DNA of 64,000 nt from Pirellulaceae bacterium (lineage in GTDB: Bacteria; Planctomycetota; Planctomycetia; Pirellulales; Pirellulaceae). Positions 29,144-38,448 of the stretch are shown in pieces. Positions within the stretch are counted from its first letter, which is position 1, and every line of letters begins with the position of its first letter. The position numbers and the translations under genes are program-made. Location: assembly GCA_035998725.1 (NCBI GenBank), contig DASYHJ010000003.1, positions 53,087 to 117,086 of the forward strand, written 5' to 3'. The notes under the pieces were generated by a model. The model did no database searches, had not been told where the DNA came from, and was given only the letters and a program-made list of their open reading frames with translations.

Positions 29144-29221
29144 GAGCGGGGGACGTGAGTCCCCCGAGGTTTCTGGCGCTCGCACGGTTCGGCCCCGGGG
29201 GGATTAACATCCCCCGCTCGC
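29144..29221. repeat. Family-C hairpin pair (GCGAGCGGGGGAYGTKAGTCCCCCG and inverted copy)
   Basis: Copies at 29144-29168 and inverted at 29197-29221. The same motif recurs at 52041-52187. Confidence 0.7.
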
Positions 29222-29464
29222 AGGAAATCCGTCCTTCGCCGCCCGCGTCTCTCGCATCGCCGAACCAGGCGAACGGCGATACAATTCGCGAGCTGAGCGG
29301 ATGAAACGGTACAGGCGGCGAGCGAACGGAGTCCAGGCGATGACGGGCAGACGACGAAGCGGGCGATTTTATTAGCGGCGTGAACCGCAGAGGGGCATAC
29401 GCCCCCCGCGCGAGGCTCCGTCCGTAACTTCGTCCTTACCCGATCCGCCTGAAAGATCCGCCCG

Positions 29465-30541
29465 ATGCGGGAGATGCTCGAACAGAAGCTCGCTCGATTC
29501 GAGGAGCTCGAACACCTGGTCTCCGATCCCTCCGCTCTCCCGCCGACGATCACCATCGCCGACGCGATGCGGGAGCATGGCTCGCTCGCCAAGCTGGCGA
29601 CGAAGTACCGACGGTACAAGCAGCTCAATCGCGAACTTGCCGAGCTGAAGGAGCTGTTGGATTCGGACGACGCCGACGCCCGGGAGATGGCCGAGGAAGA
29701 ACAGGGCGACCTGCGCGTCGAACGGGAGAAGATCTGGGACGAGATCCTCGGCCTGACGATCGGCGGCGAAGACGCGATGCGGACGCGGATTGTCATGGAA
29801 ATCCGCGCCGGCGCGGGCGGCGACGAAGCGGCCCTCTTCGCGGGCGACCTGTACGAAATGTACAAGCGGTTCGGCGACACGAAAGGGTGGAAGATCGAAC
29901 TGCTCGAGGCGAGCCCCACCGAACTGGGCGGCTTCAAGAGCATCACCCTCGGCGTCGAGGGGGACGGCGTCTTCCGCGAGCTGCAGTACGAATCGGGCGG
30001 CCATCGCGTGCAGCGAGTTCCGGCGACCGAGGCGAAGGGCCGTATCCATACGTCGGCGGCGACCGTCGCGGTGCTGCCTGAACCGGAAGACGTCGAAGTC
30101 GATCTCAAACCGGACGACTACCGCAAGGATCTCTACACGGCCAGCGGCCCGGGCGGTCAGCACGTCAACAAGACCGAGTCCGCCGTCCGCCTGACGCACC
30201 TCGAAACGAACATCGTGGTCGCGATCCAGGACGAGAAGAGCCAGCACAAGAATCTGGCGAAGGCGCTCCGCATTCTGAAGTCGCGGGTCTACGAACACTA
30301 CCGGATGATCGAGGATCAGAAGCGCTCGGCGGAACGCAAGACGCTCGTCGGGTCGGGCGACCGGAGCCAGCGGATCAGGACGTACAACTACCCCGAAAAT
30401 CGCGTCACGCACCACTCGATCGGCTTCAAGATGAATCTCGACCAGGTAATGGTCGGGAATCTTCAGCCGATCATCGACGCCCTGATCGACGCCAGCCGGG
30501 CCGAGCTTCGCGGATCGTTCGAAGATGCCGAGGCGAGGTAG
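29465..30541 (+). CDS. prfA: Peptide chain release factor 1
   Basis: 'PAT' tripeptide motif, GGQ motif '[15 protein letters not shown]'. Confidence 0.9.
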   Translation: MREMLEQKLARFEELEHLVSDPSALPPTITIADAMREHGSLAKLATKYRRYKQLNRELAELKELLDSDDADAREMAEEEQGDLRVEREKIWDEILGLTIGGEDAMRTRIVMEIRAGAGGDEAALFAGDLYEMYKRFGDTKGWKIELLEASPTELGGFKSITLGVEGDGVFRELQYESGGHRVQRVPATEAKGRIHTSAATVAVLPEPEDVEVDLKPDDYRKDLYTASGPGGQHVNKTESAVRLTHLETNIVVAIQDEKSQHKNLAKALRILKSRVYEHYRMIEDQKRSAERKTLVGSGDRSQRIRTYNYPENRVTHHSIGFKMNLDQVMVGNLQPIIDALIDASRAELRGSFEDAEAR

Positions 30542-30660
30542 AACGAAGAGGGGCGGGGTCGGGAGACTCGCATCCAGAGCAGATAGATGGAGGCCTGCGT
30601 CCCTCGCGGAGAGATATCGGCAACGGCTTTCGCAGCCGGCCCTTCAAGGAGGAGAATCGC

Positions 30661-31563
30661 TTGTCGCAGACCGAAGGCGACGTTTGGACGGTCGGCCGAC
30701 TCCTGCAGTGGACGACTGACTTTCTGAAGCAGAAGAACGCGGACTCGCCCCGGCTGGATGCGGAGGTGCTGCTTGCGCACGCGCTCTCGCGGCCGCGGAT
30801 CATGCTCTACGCCTCGTTCGGCGAAGCGGTGCCGGACGAGGCCCGAAGCAAGTTCCGCGACCTCGTGAAGCGCCGCGGCGCCGGCACGCCGGTCGCGTAC
30901 CTGCTGGGGGAGAAGGAGTTCTTCTCGCTTCCCTTCGAGGTCACGCCCGCCACGCTGATCCCTCGACCGGAGACGGAGGCCATCGTCGTCCAGGCGGCGG
31001 AGGCGATCGCCGCGATGCAGAAGACGGGCCAGATCGAGGCGGGCTCGACCGTTCGCGTCGCCGACGTCGGCACGGGAAGCGGTTGCCTGGCCGTCACGAT
31101 CGCGAAGCAGATTGCCGTGGCGACCGTAACGGCGACCGATATCTCGCCCGACGCGCTCGCCGTCGCGAAGCGAAATGCCGAACGCCACGGAGTCTCCGAC
31201 CGCGTCACGTTCCTCGAAGGCGACCTCCTCGCCCCGACGCGGGCGGAACTGCCTTTCCACGTGATCGTCAGCAATCCGCCCTACGTCTCGGAGGCGGAGT
31301 ACAAGGCGCTCGCGCGGGAAGTGCGCGAACAGGAGCCCAGGACGGCGCTCGTCGGCGGACCGACCGGCGTGGAGACGATCGCGCGGCTGGTTCCGCAGGC
31401 TTACGATTGCCTGGCGCCGGACGGTCGCCTGATCATCGAAATCAGCCCCATGCTCGCCGAGGCGACGCTCAAGCTGTTCGACGGCGTGCAGTGGATGGAC
31501 GCGACGATTAAGAAAGATCTCGCGGGACTGGCTCGTATCGCCATGGCGAGAAAGCGGGCGTAG
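30661..31563 (+). CDS. prmC: Release factor glutamine N5-methyltransferase
   Basis: 'VIVSNPPYV' NPPY motif, SAM-binding 'VADVGTGSG'. Immediately downstream of prfA. TTG start. Confidence 0.85.
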   Translation: MSQTEGDVWTVGRLLQWTTDFLKQKNADSPRLDAEVLLAHALSRPRIMLYASFGEAVPDEARSKFRDLVKRRGAGTPVAYLLGEKEFFSLPFEVTPATLIPRPETEAIVVQAAEAIAAMQKTGQIEAGSTVRVADVGTGSGCLAVTIAKQIAVATVTATDISPDALAVAKRNAERHGVSDRVTFLEGDLLAPTRAELPFHVIVSNPPYVSEAEYKALAREVREQEPRTALVGGPTGVETIARLVPQAYDCLAPDGRLIIEISPMLAEATLKLFDGVQWMDATIKKDLAGLARIAMARKRA

Positions 31564-31636
31564 GGTCCGGTCGATAGGCTTCCAATCTGCTTAAATCGTT
31601 AGGAGTCATCATCCGACGCTTCGCCGAACTGCTGCC

Positions 31637-32506
31637 ATGTCCGAGGAATCGCCGCTGCACGTCGTCACATCCGTCGCCCAGTTGCGTGCGGCGGTCGCCG
31701 AACTCCGTCGAGCGGGTCGGACGATCGGGCTCGTCCCTACGATGGGGGCTCTGCACGAAGGCCACCTGAGCCTCGTCCGGGCGTCGAACGAGGAAGGGCA
31801 CGCCACGATCGCGACGATCTTCGTCAACCCGACGCAGTTCGGGCCGCGGGAGGATCTGGCGAAGTATCCCAGGACGCTGGAGCGCGATCTCGACCTGCTC
31901 GGCGCTGCCGGAGTCGCCGTCGCGTTCGTGCCGACCGTGGACGAGGTCTATCCGCAGGGGTTCGCCACCTACGTCGAACCGCCCGAGGCCGCCGGCCCCC
32001 TGGAAGGCGAACGGCGACCCGGGCATTTTCGCGGCGTCTGCACGATCGTCCTGAAGCTGTTCCTGATGACGACCGCCGACGTCGCCTTCTTCGGAAGAAA
32101 GGATTTCCAGCAGGCGCTCGTCATCGGACGGATGACCCGCGACCTGGACGTGCCGGTCGAGGTCCGCGTCCAGCCGACCCTCCGCGAGCCGGACGGCCTG
32201 GCGATGAGTTCGCGGAACGCCTATCTCTCGCCCGAGGAGCGGACGCGGGCGCTCACGCTATCGCGAGCGCTCCGCGCGACGGTCGACGCCTATCGTGCCG
32301 GGGAACGGTCGATCGCCCGACTGGAAGAGATTCTTCGCCGTGATCTGACGGCTGCCGTCGATTCCATCGACTACGCCGTGCTCGTCGAGCCGGAGACGCT
32401 CGCGCCCGGCGAGGAGGCGCACGATCGAACCGTCGCACTGCTCGCCGTTCGCGTCGGCTCGACGCGGCTCATCGACAACGCCGTGCTGGGCGAAGACTTC
32501 GCATGA
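31637..32506 (+). CDS. panC: Pantoate--beta-alanine ligase
   Basis: 'GLVPTMGALHEGHLSLV' HIGH-type motif. Confidence 0.9.
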   Translation: MSEESPLHVVTSVAQLRAAVAELRRAGRTIGLVPTMGALHEGHLSLVRASNEEGHATIATIFVNPTQFGPREDLAKYPRTLERDLDLLGAAGVAVAFVPTVDEVYPQGFATYVEPPEAAGPLEGERRPGHFRGVCTIVLKLFLMTTADVAFFGRKDFQQALVIGRMTRDLDVPVEVRVQPTLREPDGLAMSSRNAYLSPEERTRALTLSRALRATVDAYRAGERSIARLEEILRRDLTAAVDSIDYAVLVEPETLAPGEEAHDRTVALLAVRVGSTRLIDNAVLGEDFA

Positions 32507-32527
32507 CGCACAGCGAGCGATAGGCGA

Positions 32528-33454
32528 TCAGGCTTTCGTCGCCTTCTTCACCCGTTCGAACGTCGCGAGCGACTGTTCACTGGCTGTTCGGGCGAAGGCG
32601 CGCACGAAGGGCGTCTTCGCGTCCGATTCGCGCACGGCGGCGTAGAGCGTTTTCCAAAGCCCTTTCTTGCAGATCGGGACCGTCGCGACCGAGGCGCCGG
32701 CGGGCAGCGTCTCAAGGATCCAGGTCGGGATCGCCGCGACGCCCCGACCGTGCGCGACCAGTTGCAGCATGACGGACGTCATCTCCACCTTGCGATGCGC
32801 CTGCGGCGCGACGCCCGCGGGCCAGAGCAGGGCGGTGAATAGATCGAGCCGCGAGGGATCGACCGGGTACGTGATCACCGTCTGATCGGCTAGATCCTCC
32901 GCGACGACGAACGACTTCGACGCCAGCGGGCTCTCCGCCGGAACCGCCAGCACGACCTCGTAGCGAAACAGCGGGGCGAGCCCGACGCCCCGATGAGCCA
33001 CCGGGTCGCAGGCGATGACGAGGTCCAGTTCGCCCGCGATCAGCGCCGGAAGCGCGGCGAACTTATGCTCCGCGGCGATGTCGACCTCGACGCTCGGCCA
33101 GTCGCGGCGGTAGGCGTCCATGATCTGCAGCAGCCACTCGTAACAGGTGTGGCATTCCACGCCGATCCGCAGCCGGCCTGAACGTCCTTCGCCGAGTTCC
33201 CGAATCCGCTGTTCGAGCGCGTGAAACTCCGGCAGCGTGCGGGCGGCGAAGTCCGCGAGTAGATCGCCCGCCTCCGCGAGCGTCACGGGCCGGGCCTCCC
33301 TTCTCAACAACTTCGTGCCGAGCGCCTGCTCCAGGCTCTTGACTTGGTGCGACACCGCGGACTGCGTCAGGCCCAGCTCTTCCGCCGCGCGCTGCATCGA
33401 GCCGGTCTGGCGAATCGCCAGGAGAGTCTCCAGATGTCGCCGCTCGATGGTCAT
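32528..33454 (-). CDS. metR: LysR-family transcriptional regulator (MetR-like, divergent from metE)
   Basis: N-terminal HTH 'LETLLAIRQTGSMQRAAEELGLTQSAVSHQVKSLE'. Divergent arrangement with metE. Confidence 0.7.
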   Translation of the reverse strand: MTIERRHLETLLAIRQTGSMQRAAEELGLTQSAVSHQVKSLEQALGTKLLRREARPVTLAEAGDLLADFAARTLPEFHALEQRIRELGEGRSGRLRIGVECHTCYEWLLQIMDAYRRDWPSVEVDIAAEHKFAALPALIAGELDLVIACDPVAHRGVGLAPLFRYEVVLAVPAESPLASKSFVVAEDLADQTVITYPVDPSRLDLFTALLWPAGVAPQAHRKVEMTSVMLQLVAHGRGVAAIPTWILETLPAGASVATVPICKKGLWKTLYAAVRESDAKTPFVRAFARTASEQSLATFERVKKATKA

Positions 33455-33555
33455 GAAGCGTTTTCAACTTGTCTGCTGATCTATTCGTTATCGCTCAAGG
33501 TAGCCGCCGCGTAAGCTTGCCGAATCCTGACGCCTTACGCAAGGAGCGCACACGA
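33455..33555. promoter_or_regulatory. Divergent metR/metE promoter region (probable MetR operator)
   Basis: 101-bp intergenic region between divergent metR and metE. RBS AAGGAG 8 nt before the metE ATG. Too short for a B12 riboswitch. Confidence 0.4.
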
Positions 33556-35844
33556 ATGATCTCGACCCACGTCCTCGGTTTTCCCCGCATCGGAGCCTTC
33601 CGCGAACACAAGCGGGCGCTCGAACGCTACTGGAAGGGAGAGTCTTCGCTCGCCGAACTCGCCGACGTCCAGCGACAGATCCGCGCCTTCGGTTGGCAGG
33701 CGCAGAAGGATGCGGGCCTCGACCTTCTCACGGTCGGCGATTTCGCCGCCTACGATCACGTCCTCACGCTCGCCCGGCGGCTGGGCGCCGTCCCCCGCCG
33801 ATTCCGGACGACGGACGTGACCGAGGACGTCGAGTTCCTGATGGCGCGGGGAAAGGCGCCGACGGGTCAGCCGACGCACGCGCTTGAGATGACCAAGTGG
33901 TTCGACACGAACTACCACTATCTGCGCCCCGAGTTCGACCGCTCGACCACGTTCTCCGCCCTCGACCGCTCGCTCGACTCGGAGGTTCTCGAAGCGAAGG
34001 CGTTCGACCGATCGCTGAAGGTCGTGCTGGTCGGGCCGGTGACGCTCCTCGCGCTCGGGCGCTGGCTCGAGAGCGAAGGCAGCCCGCTGGAGCTGCTCCC
34101 CGCTCTGCTGGAGGCGTATGCCGCCACGCTCGCCCGGCTGAAGTCGCTCGGCGTCGCCTGCGTGCAACTCGACGAGCCGATCCTGGCGACGGACCTGAGC
34201 GACGAATGGATCGACGCCGTCCGCACGGCGTATGGCCGCCTCGGCGACGCCGGTCCGCCGATTCTGCTGGCGACTTACTTCGCCCGTACGAACGATCGCA
34301 GACTGCTCTTCCGCGAACTGCCTGTGGCGGGGATCCATCTCGATCTCTGTCGCGACGCGGAGGCTTGGGAATGGGCGGCAGAGGCGATCCGCGACGACCA
34401 GTACCTTTCTGCCGGCGTCGTCGATGGGCGTTCGATCTGGCGAACCGCGCTGGACGAGACGCATCGTCGGCTGAAGCCGCTGTACGCGAAGCTCGGGGAT
34501 CGGCTGAAGTTGGCGACGTCATGCTCGCTCTTGCATGTCCCGTACGACGCCGCGGTGGAGACGGAAGGTCCTCCGGCGCTGCGAGGGCGGCTGGCGTTCG
34601 CCCTGCAGAAGCTGGACGAGCTTCGCCTGCTCAAGCGGTCGCTTGAGCTCGGCGAAGCCGCCGTGCGTACGGAGCTCTCCGAAGAACGCGAATCGCGAGC
34701 CGCCTGGCAGCGCGAACCGGGCGTTCTGACCGCTTCCGTGCGGCGTCGTGCGGCGGCGGTCGATCGGGCGATGACGGAACGGGCAGAACCGTATCCTTCT
34801 CGCGCAGAGCAGCAGGCGGGGCGATTGAACCTGCCGCCGCTGCCGACGACGACGATCGGGTCCTTTCCGCAGACGGACGCTATTCGCGCCGCGAGAAAGC
34901 GATTCATCGACGGGCAGCTTTCGCCGGAGGGTTACGAGCGGGCGATCGAGTCCGAAATCGCCTTCGCCATCCGCAAGCAGGAAGAGTACGGTCTGGACGT
35001 GCTCGTGCATGGCGAGCCGGAACGCAACGACATGGTCGAGTACTTCGCCGAAGGCCTCGGCGGATTCGCCTTCACCCGGTTCGGCTGGGTCCAGTCGTAC
35101 GGCAGCCGCTGCGTGAAGCCGCCGATCATCTGGGGCGACGTCGACCGCCCGCAGGATCTGACCGTTCGCTGGGCGAAGTACGCACAGTCGCTGACGAACG
35201 CTCCGGTGAAGGGGATGCTGACCGGCCCCGTCACGATCCTGCAATGGTCGTTCGTGCGGGACGATCTTTCGCGAGCGGACGTCGCGAGGCAGATCGCGCT
35301 GGCTCTGCGTGACGAGGTCGTTGCCCTGGAAGCCGCCGGCATCGCGATCGTGCAGGTCGACGAGCCGGCGTTTCGCGAGGGGCTGCCCCTGCGGCAGGAG
35401 GATCGAGCCAGCTACTTGGCCTGGGCGGCGGAAAGCTTCCGCCTGGCGACGGCGGGCGTGCGATCCGAAACGCAGATTCACACCCACATGTGCTACAGCG
35501 ACTTCGGCGACATCCGCGACGGGATCGTGGCGCTCGACGCCGACGTGATCACGCTCGAAGCGGCTCGATCGCATGACGAGTTGGCCTGCGAGTTCGGCTC
35601 CGCCGGAGGATATCCGCGCGAGATCGGACCAGGCATGTACGACATTCATTCGCCGAACGCTCCGACGCTGGAAGAGGTCGAGCAACGGATCGACAGCGCC
35701 CTCTCCGCGTTTCCAATCGAGCGGCTCTGGATCAACCCCGACTGTGGCCTGAAGACCCGCACCTGGAGCGAGGTCGACGCGGCCCTGCCCGTTCTGACAC
35801 TAGCGGCGAAGCAGGCGAGAGAGCGGCTTGCCACGACAGCGTGA
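33556..35844 (+). CDS. metE: Cobalamin-independent methionine synthase
   Basis: MISTHVLGFPRIG start, duplicated UroD-like halves, C-terminal 'HTHMCYSDF...WINPDCGLKTR' Zn site. Confidence 0.95.
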   Translation: MISTHVLGFPRIGAFREHKRALERYWKGESSLAELADVQRQIRAFGWQAQKDAGLDLLTVGDFAAYDHVLTLARRLGAVPRRFRTTDVTEDVEFLMARGKAPTGQPTHALEMTKWFDTNYHYLRPEFDRSTTFSALDRSLDSEVLEAKAFDRSLKVVLVGPVTLLALGRWLESEGSPLELLPALLEAYAATLARLKSLGVACVQLDEPILATDLSDEWIDAVRTAYGRLGDAGPPILLATYFARTNDRRLLFRELPVAGIHLDLCRDAEAWEWAAEAIRDDQYLSAGVVDGRSIWRTALDETHRRLKPLYAKLGDRLKLATSCSLLHVPYDAAVETEGPPALRGRLAFALQKLDELRLLKRSLELGEAAVRTELSEERESRAAWQREPGVLTASVRRRAAAVDRAMTERAEPYPSRAEQQAGRLNLPPLPTTTIGSFPQTDAIRAARKRFIDGQLSPEGYERAIESEIAFAIRKQEEYGLDVLVHGEPERNDMVEYFAEGLGGFAFTRFGWVQSYGSRCVKPPIIWGDVDRPQDLTVRWAKYAQSLTNAPVKGMLTGPVTILQWSFVRDDLSRADVARQIALALRDEVVALEAAGIAIVQVDEPAFREGLPLRQEDRASYLAWAAESFRLATAGVRSETQIHTHMCYSDFGDIRDGIVALDADVITLEAARSHDELACEFGSAGGYPREIGPGMYDIHSPNAPTLEEVEQRIDSALSAFPIERLWINPDCGLKTRTWSEVDAALPVLTLAAKQARERLATTA

Positions 35845-35868
35845 AAGCTTGCCTGTCCGTGTGCCATG

Positions 35869-36010
35869 GCTGGCTTGTCCAGCCGTGCAGGACCCAGGTA
35901 CCGGGGACGCCAGTCGGTTCGACTCGGTCGGTTCGAGATCGGTTGAGAGACGGCCGGTAGAGGAGCGTGTCCCCGTATTCCGCACGGCTGGACAAGCCAG
36001 CCATGGCACA
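35869..36010. repeat. Family-A inverted-repeat element
   Basis: Arms GTGTGCCATGGCTGGCTTGTCCAGCCGTGCAG (35869-35900) and reverse complement (35982-36010), with an 81-nt spacer. Starts 25 nt after the metE stop. Confidence 0.85.
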
Positions 36011-36272
36011 CGGGGATGATTCTGATGCGCCGCGATCGTACGGTGCGGCGGGTCGTCGCAGGCGGGCGATCAGGCATTAAGCGGGACGCGCCGGGAACGG
36101 TTGAAATAGCGGCGATCGATGGGCACGCCCTCCACAGGCGCCGTCCGTCGTCGCCTTGGGTTGCGTGACCTCGACGTGCGGGCGTCGGAGCCTGAAGACC
36201 TGGCTTCGACGCTTCCGCCCGTCGAGGTTAGAATCACTTGGCGATCTGCCGCTTTCGCCGCGAGCTGTTCCG

Positions 36273-37100
36273 ATGACCGCCGACAAGCTTCGCCCGATCC
36301 GGGTCGGAGCCGTTTCCTATCTCAACAGCAAGCCGCTGCTCTACGGACTGCGGGAAGAGGCGCCGTTCGCGACGCTGACGCTCGATCTGCCGAGCCGGCT
36401 GGCGACGGGGCTGGCGGAAGAGCGTTACGACGTGGCGCTCATTCCGGCGATCGAATACTTCCGCCAGCCCGGGTGCGAGATCGTCTCGGACGCCTGCATC
36501 GCCGCCCACGGGCCGGTCTGGAGCGTGAAGCTCTTGTTCCGGACGGAGCCGGAGAAGGTTCGGACGCTGGCGCTCGACGAGGGCTCGCGGACCAGCGCGA
36601 CGCTCGCGCGGATCCTGCTCCATCGCCGCTGCGGCATCGAGCCGAGCATGCGACCGCTGCCGATCGACGCCGATTTCGGCGCCGCCGACGCCGACGCGGT
36701 CCTGGTGATCGGCGATCGGGCGATGCACGTTCGCGACGAGGATTATGCCTGCGTCTGGGATCTGGCCCAGGCGTGGGGCGAAGAGCGGAATCTGCCGTTC
36801 GTGTTCGCGATGTGGGTCGCTCGCCCCGGCGTCGATCGCGAAGCGCTGGCCGAACTCGAAGCCGCGCTCGGACGCTGTCGCGACGCGGGCCTTTCGCAAG
36901 CCGAGCAGATCGCCGCCGAGGAAGGTCCCCCGCTCGGCCTGTCGCCGCAGGCGGCGCTCGATTACTTTCGCAAGCATCTGCATTTCCGCCTTGGTCGCCC
37001 GGAACGTGCGGGGCTGGCCGCTTTCTACGAGCAGGCCGTCGCCCTGAACCTGGCGCCGGCGGGACGAGAGGTCCGGTTTCATGATTGCCTGCAGCGTTGA
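36273..37100 (+). CDS. mqnA: Chorismate dehydratase / futalosine-pathway MqnA-MqnD family protein
   Basis: 'IRVGAVSYLNSKPL' signature of the VitK2_biosynth family. Trimmed to the ATG at 36273. Confidence 0.7.
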   Translation: MTADKLRPIRVGAVSYLNSKPLLYGLREEAPFATLTLDLPSRLATGLAEERYDVALIPAIEYFRQPGCEIVSDACIAAHGPVWSVKLLFRTEPEKVRTLALDEGSRTSATLARILLHRRCGIEPSMRPLPIDADFGAADADAVLVIGDRAMHVRDEDYACVWDLAQAWGEERNLPFVFAMWVARPGVDREALAELEAALGRCRDAGLSQAEQIAAEEGPPLGLSPQAALDYFRKHLHFRLGRPERAGLAAFYEQAVALNLAPAGREVRFHDCLQR

Positions 37101-38247
37101 CGCCATTCTCGACAAAGCCGTCGCCGGCGAGCGCCTGACGCCCGCGGAGGGGGTCGCGCTTCTGGAGTCGCACGATCTGGCGAAGATCGGGCGCGCGGCC
37201 GACGCCGTGACGCGGCGCCTCCATCCGGAGGACTACCGCACCTACAACATCGACCGGAACGTCAACTACACGAACGTCTGCACGGCGGTCTGCGACTTCT
37301 GCGCTTTCTATCGCACGCCGAAGTCGGAGGAGGGGTACGTCCTCCCGCGCGAGGTCCTGCTCAAGAAGGTGGAAGAGACCGTCGCGCTCGGCGGCGATCA
37401 AATCCTGATGCAGGGGGGCCTCCACCCCAAGTACAAGCTCGACTGGTACGAGGAACTGCTGCGCGACATCAAGCAGGCCTTCCCGCAGGTCAACGTCCAC
37501 GGCTTCAGCCCGCCCGAGATCTACCACTTCACGAAGGTCAACAGGCTCCCGCTGCGGGAGATCCTGACTCGCCTGAAGGAGGCGGGCCTGGGCAGTCTGC
37601 CGGGCGGCGGGGCGGAGATCCTGGTCGATCGGGTGCGCGCGGCGATCACCCGCGGCAAGGTGATGACCGACGACTGGCTCGACGTGATGCGGGTCTGGCA
37701 CGAACTGGGCGGGAAGAGCAGCGCCACGATGATGTTCGGCCACGTCGAAACGCTGGCCGAGCGGATCGAGCACCTCGATCGCGTGCGACAGCTTCAGGAC
37801 GAGACGGGCGGCTTCACCGCGTTCATCTGCTGGACGTTCCAGCCGGACCACACGGAGATGGCCCACATCGCGGCCGCCGGCAGCTTCGAATACCTGAAGA
37901 CGCAGGCGGTCAGCCGGCTCTACCTGGACAACGTGCCGAACATCCAGTCGAGCTGGGTCACGCAGGGTCAGAAGATCGGCCAGCTCGCGATGCAGTTCGG
38001 CGCCAACGACATGGGCTCGCTGATGATCGAGGAGAACGTCGTCGCCGAAGCGGGCACGGTGCATCTTCTCACGCTGGAGCAGATCCGCGGCGCGATCGAG
38101 GAACTCGGCTACGTGCCGCGGCAGCGCAACGTCTTCTACGAACTGCTCTCCCTGGAGCGGGAGCGCTTCGCGATCGAGGCGAACCGCGATCGGGCCGCGA
38201 CGCTCAACCGGACCAAGGGCGCCGACCTGGTCGACCTGCAGGCGTAG
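37081..38247 (+). CDS. Radical-SAM menaquinone biosynthesis enzyme (MqnE/MqnC family)
   Basis: 'CTAVCDFC' CxxxCxxC cluster. Overlaps mqnA by 20 nt. MqnC and MqnE cannot be distinguished without alignment. Confidence 0.7.
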   Translation: MIACSVDAILDKAVAGERLTPAEGVALLESHDLAKIGRAADAVTRRLHPEDYRTYNIDRNVNYTNVCTAVCDFCAFYRTPKSEEGYVLPREVLLKKVEETVALGGDQILMQGGLHPKYKLDWYEELLRDIKQAFPQVNVHGFSPPEIYHFTKVNRLPLREILTRLKEAGLGSLPGGGAEILVDRVRAAITRGKVMTDDWLDVMRVWHELGGKSSATMMFGHVETLAERIEHLDRVRQLQDETGGFTAFICWTFQPDHTEMAHIAAAGSFEYLKTQAVSRLYLDNVPNIQSSWVTQGQKIGQLAMQFGANDMGSLMIEENVVAEAGTVHLLTLEQIRGAIEELGYVPRQRNVFYELLSLERERFAIEANRDRAATLNRTKGADLVDLQA

Positions 38248-38257
38248 AACCGCTCCG

Positions 38258-38416
38258 GTGTGCCACGGATGGCTTGTCCATCCGTGCCGTCAGCGGAGTC
38301 CGAAGACCTGGTTCGTCCAGTCGAGACGAAGTGAAGTTCCGCTTCGTGATGAAGCCCTCGGCCATCGACGCGACCAACGGGACTCTGCACGGCTGGGCAA
38401 GCCAGCCGTGGCACAC
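38258..38416. repeat. Family-A inverted-repeat element
   Basis: Arms at 38258-38288 and 38385-38416 with an inner small hairpin (ACGAAG...CTTCGT). Lies between the convergent mqnE/C and fliM genes. Confidence 0.85.
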
Positions 38417-38448
38417 GAGGAATACTCCGCGGACGGAAGAATCGAGGG

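Noticed and set aside
33455-33555. Cobalamin or SAM riboswitch upstream of metE
   Set aside because: The intergenic region is only 101 bp and lacks the conserved B12-box. Control is more likely by the divergent MetR regulator.
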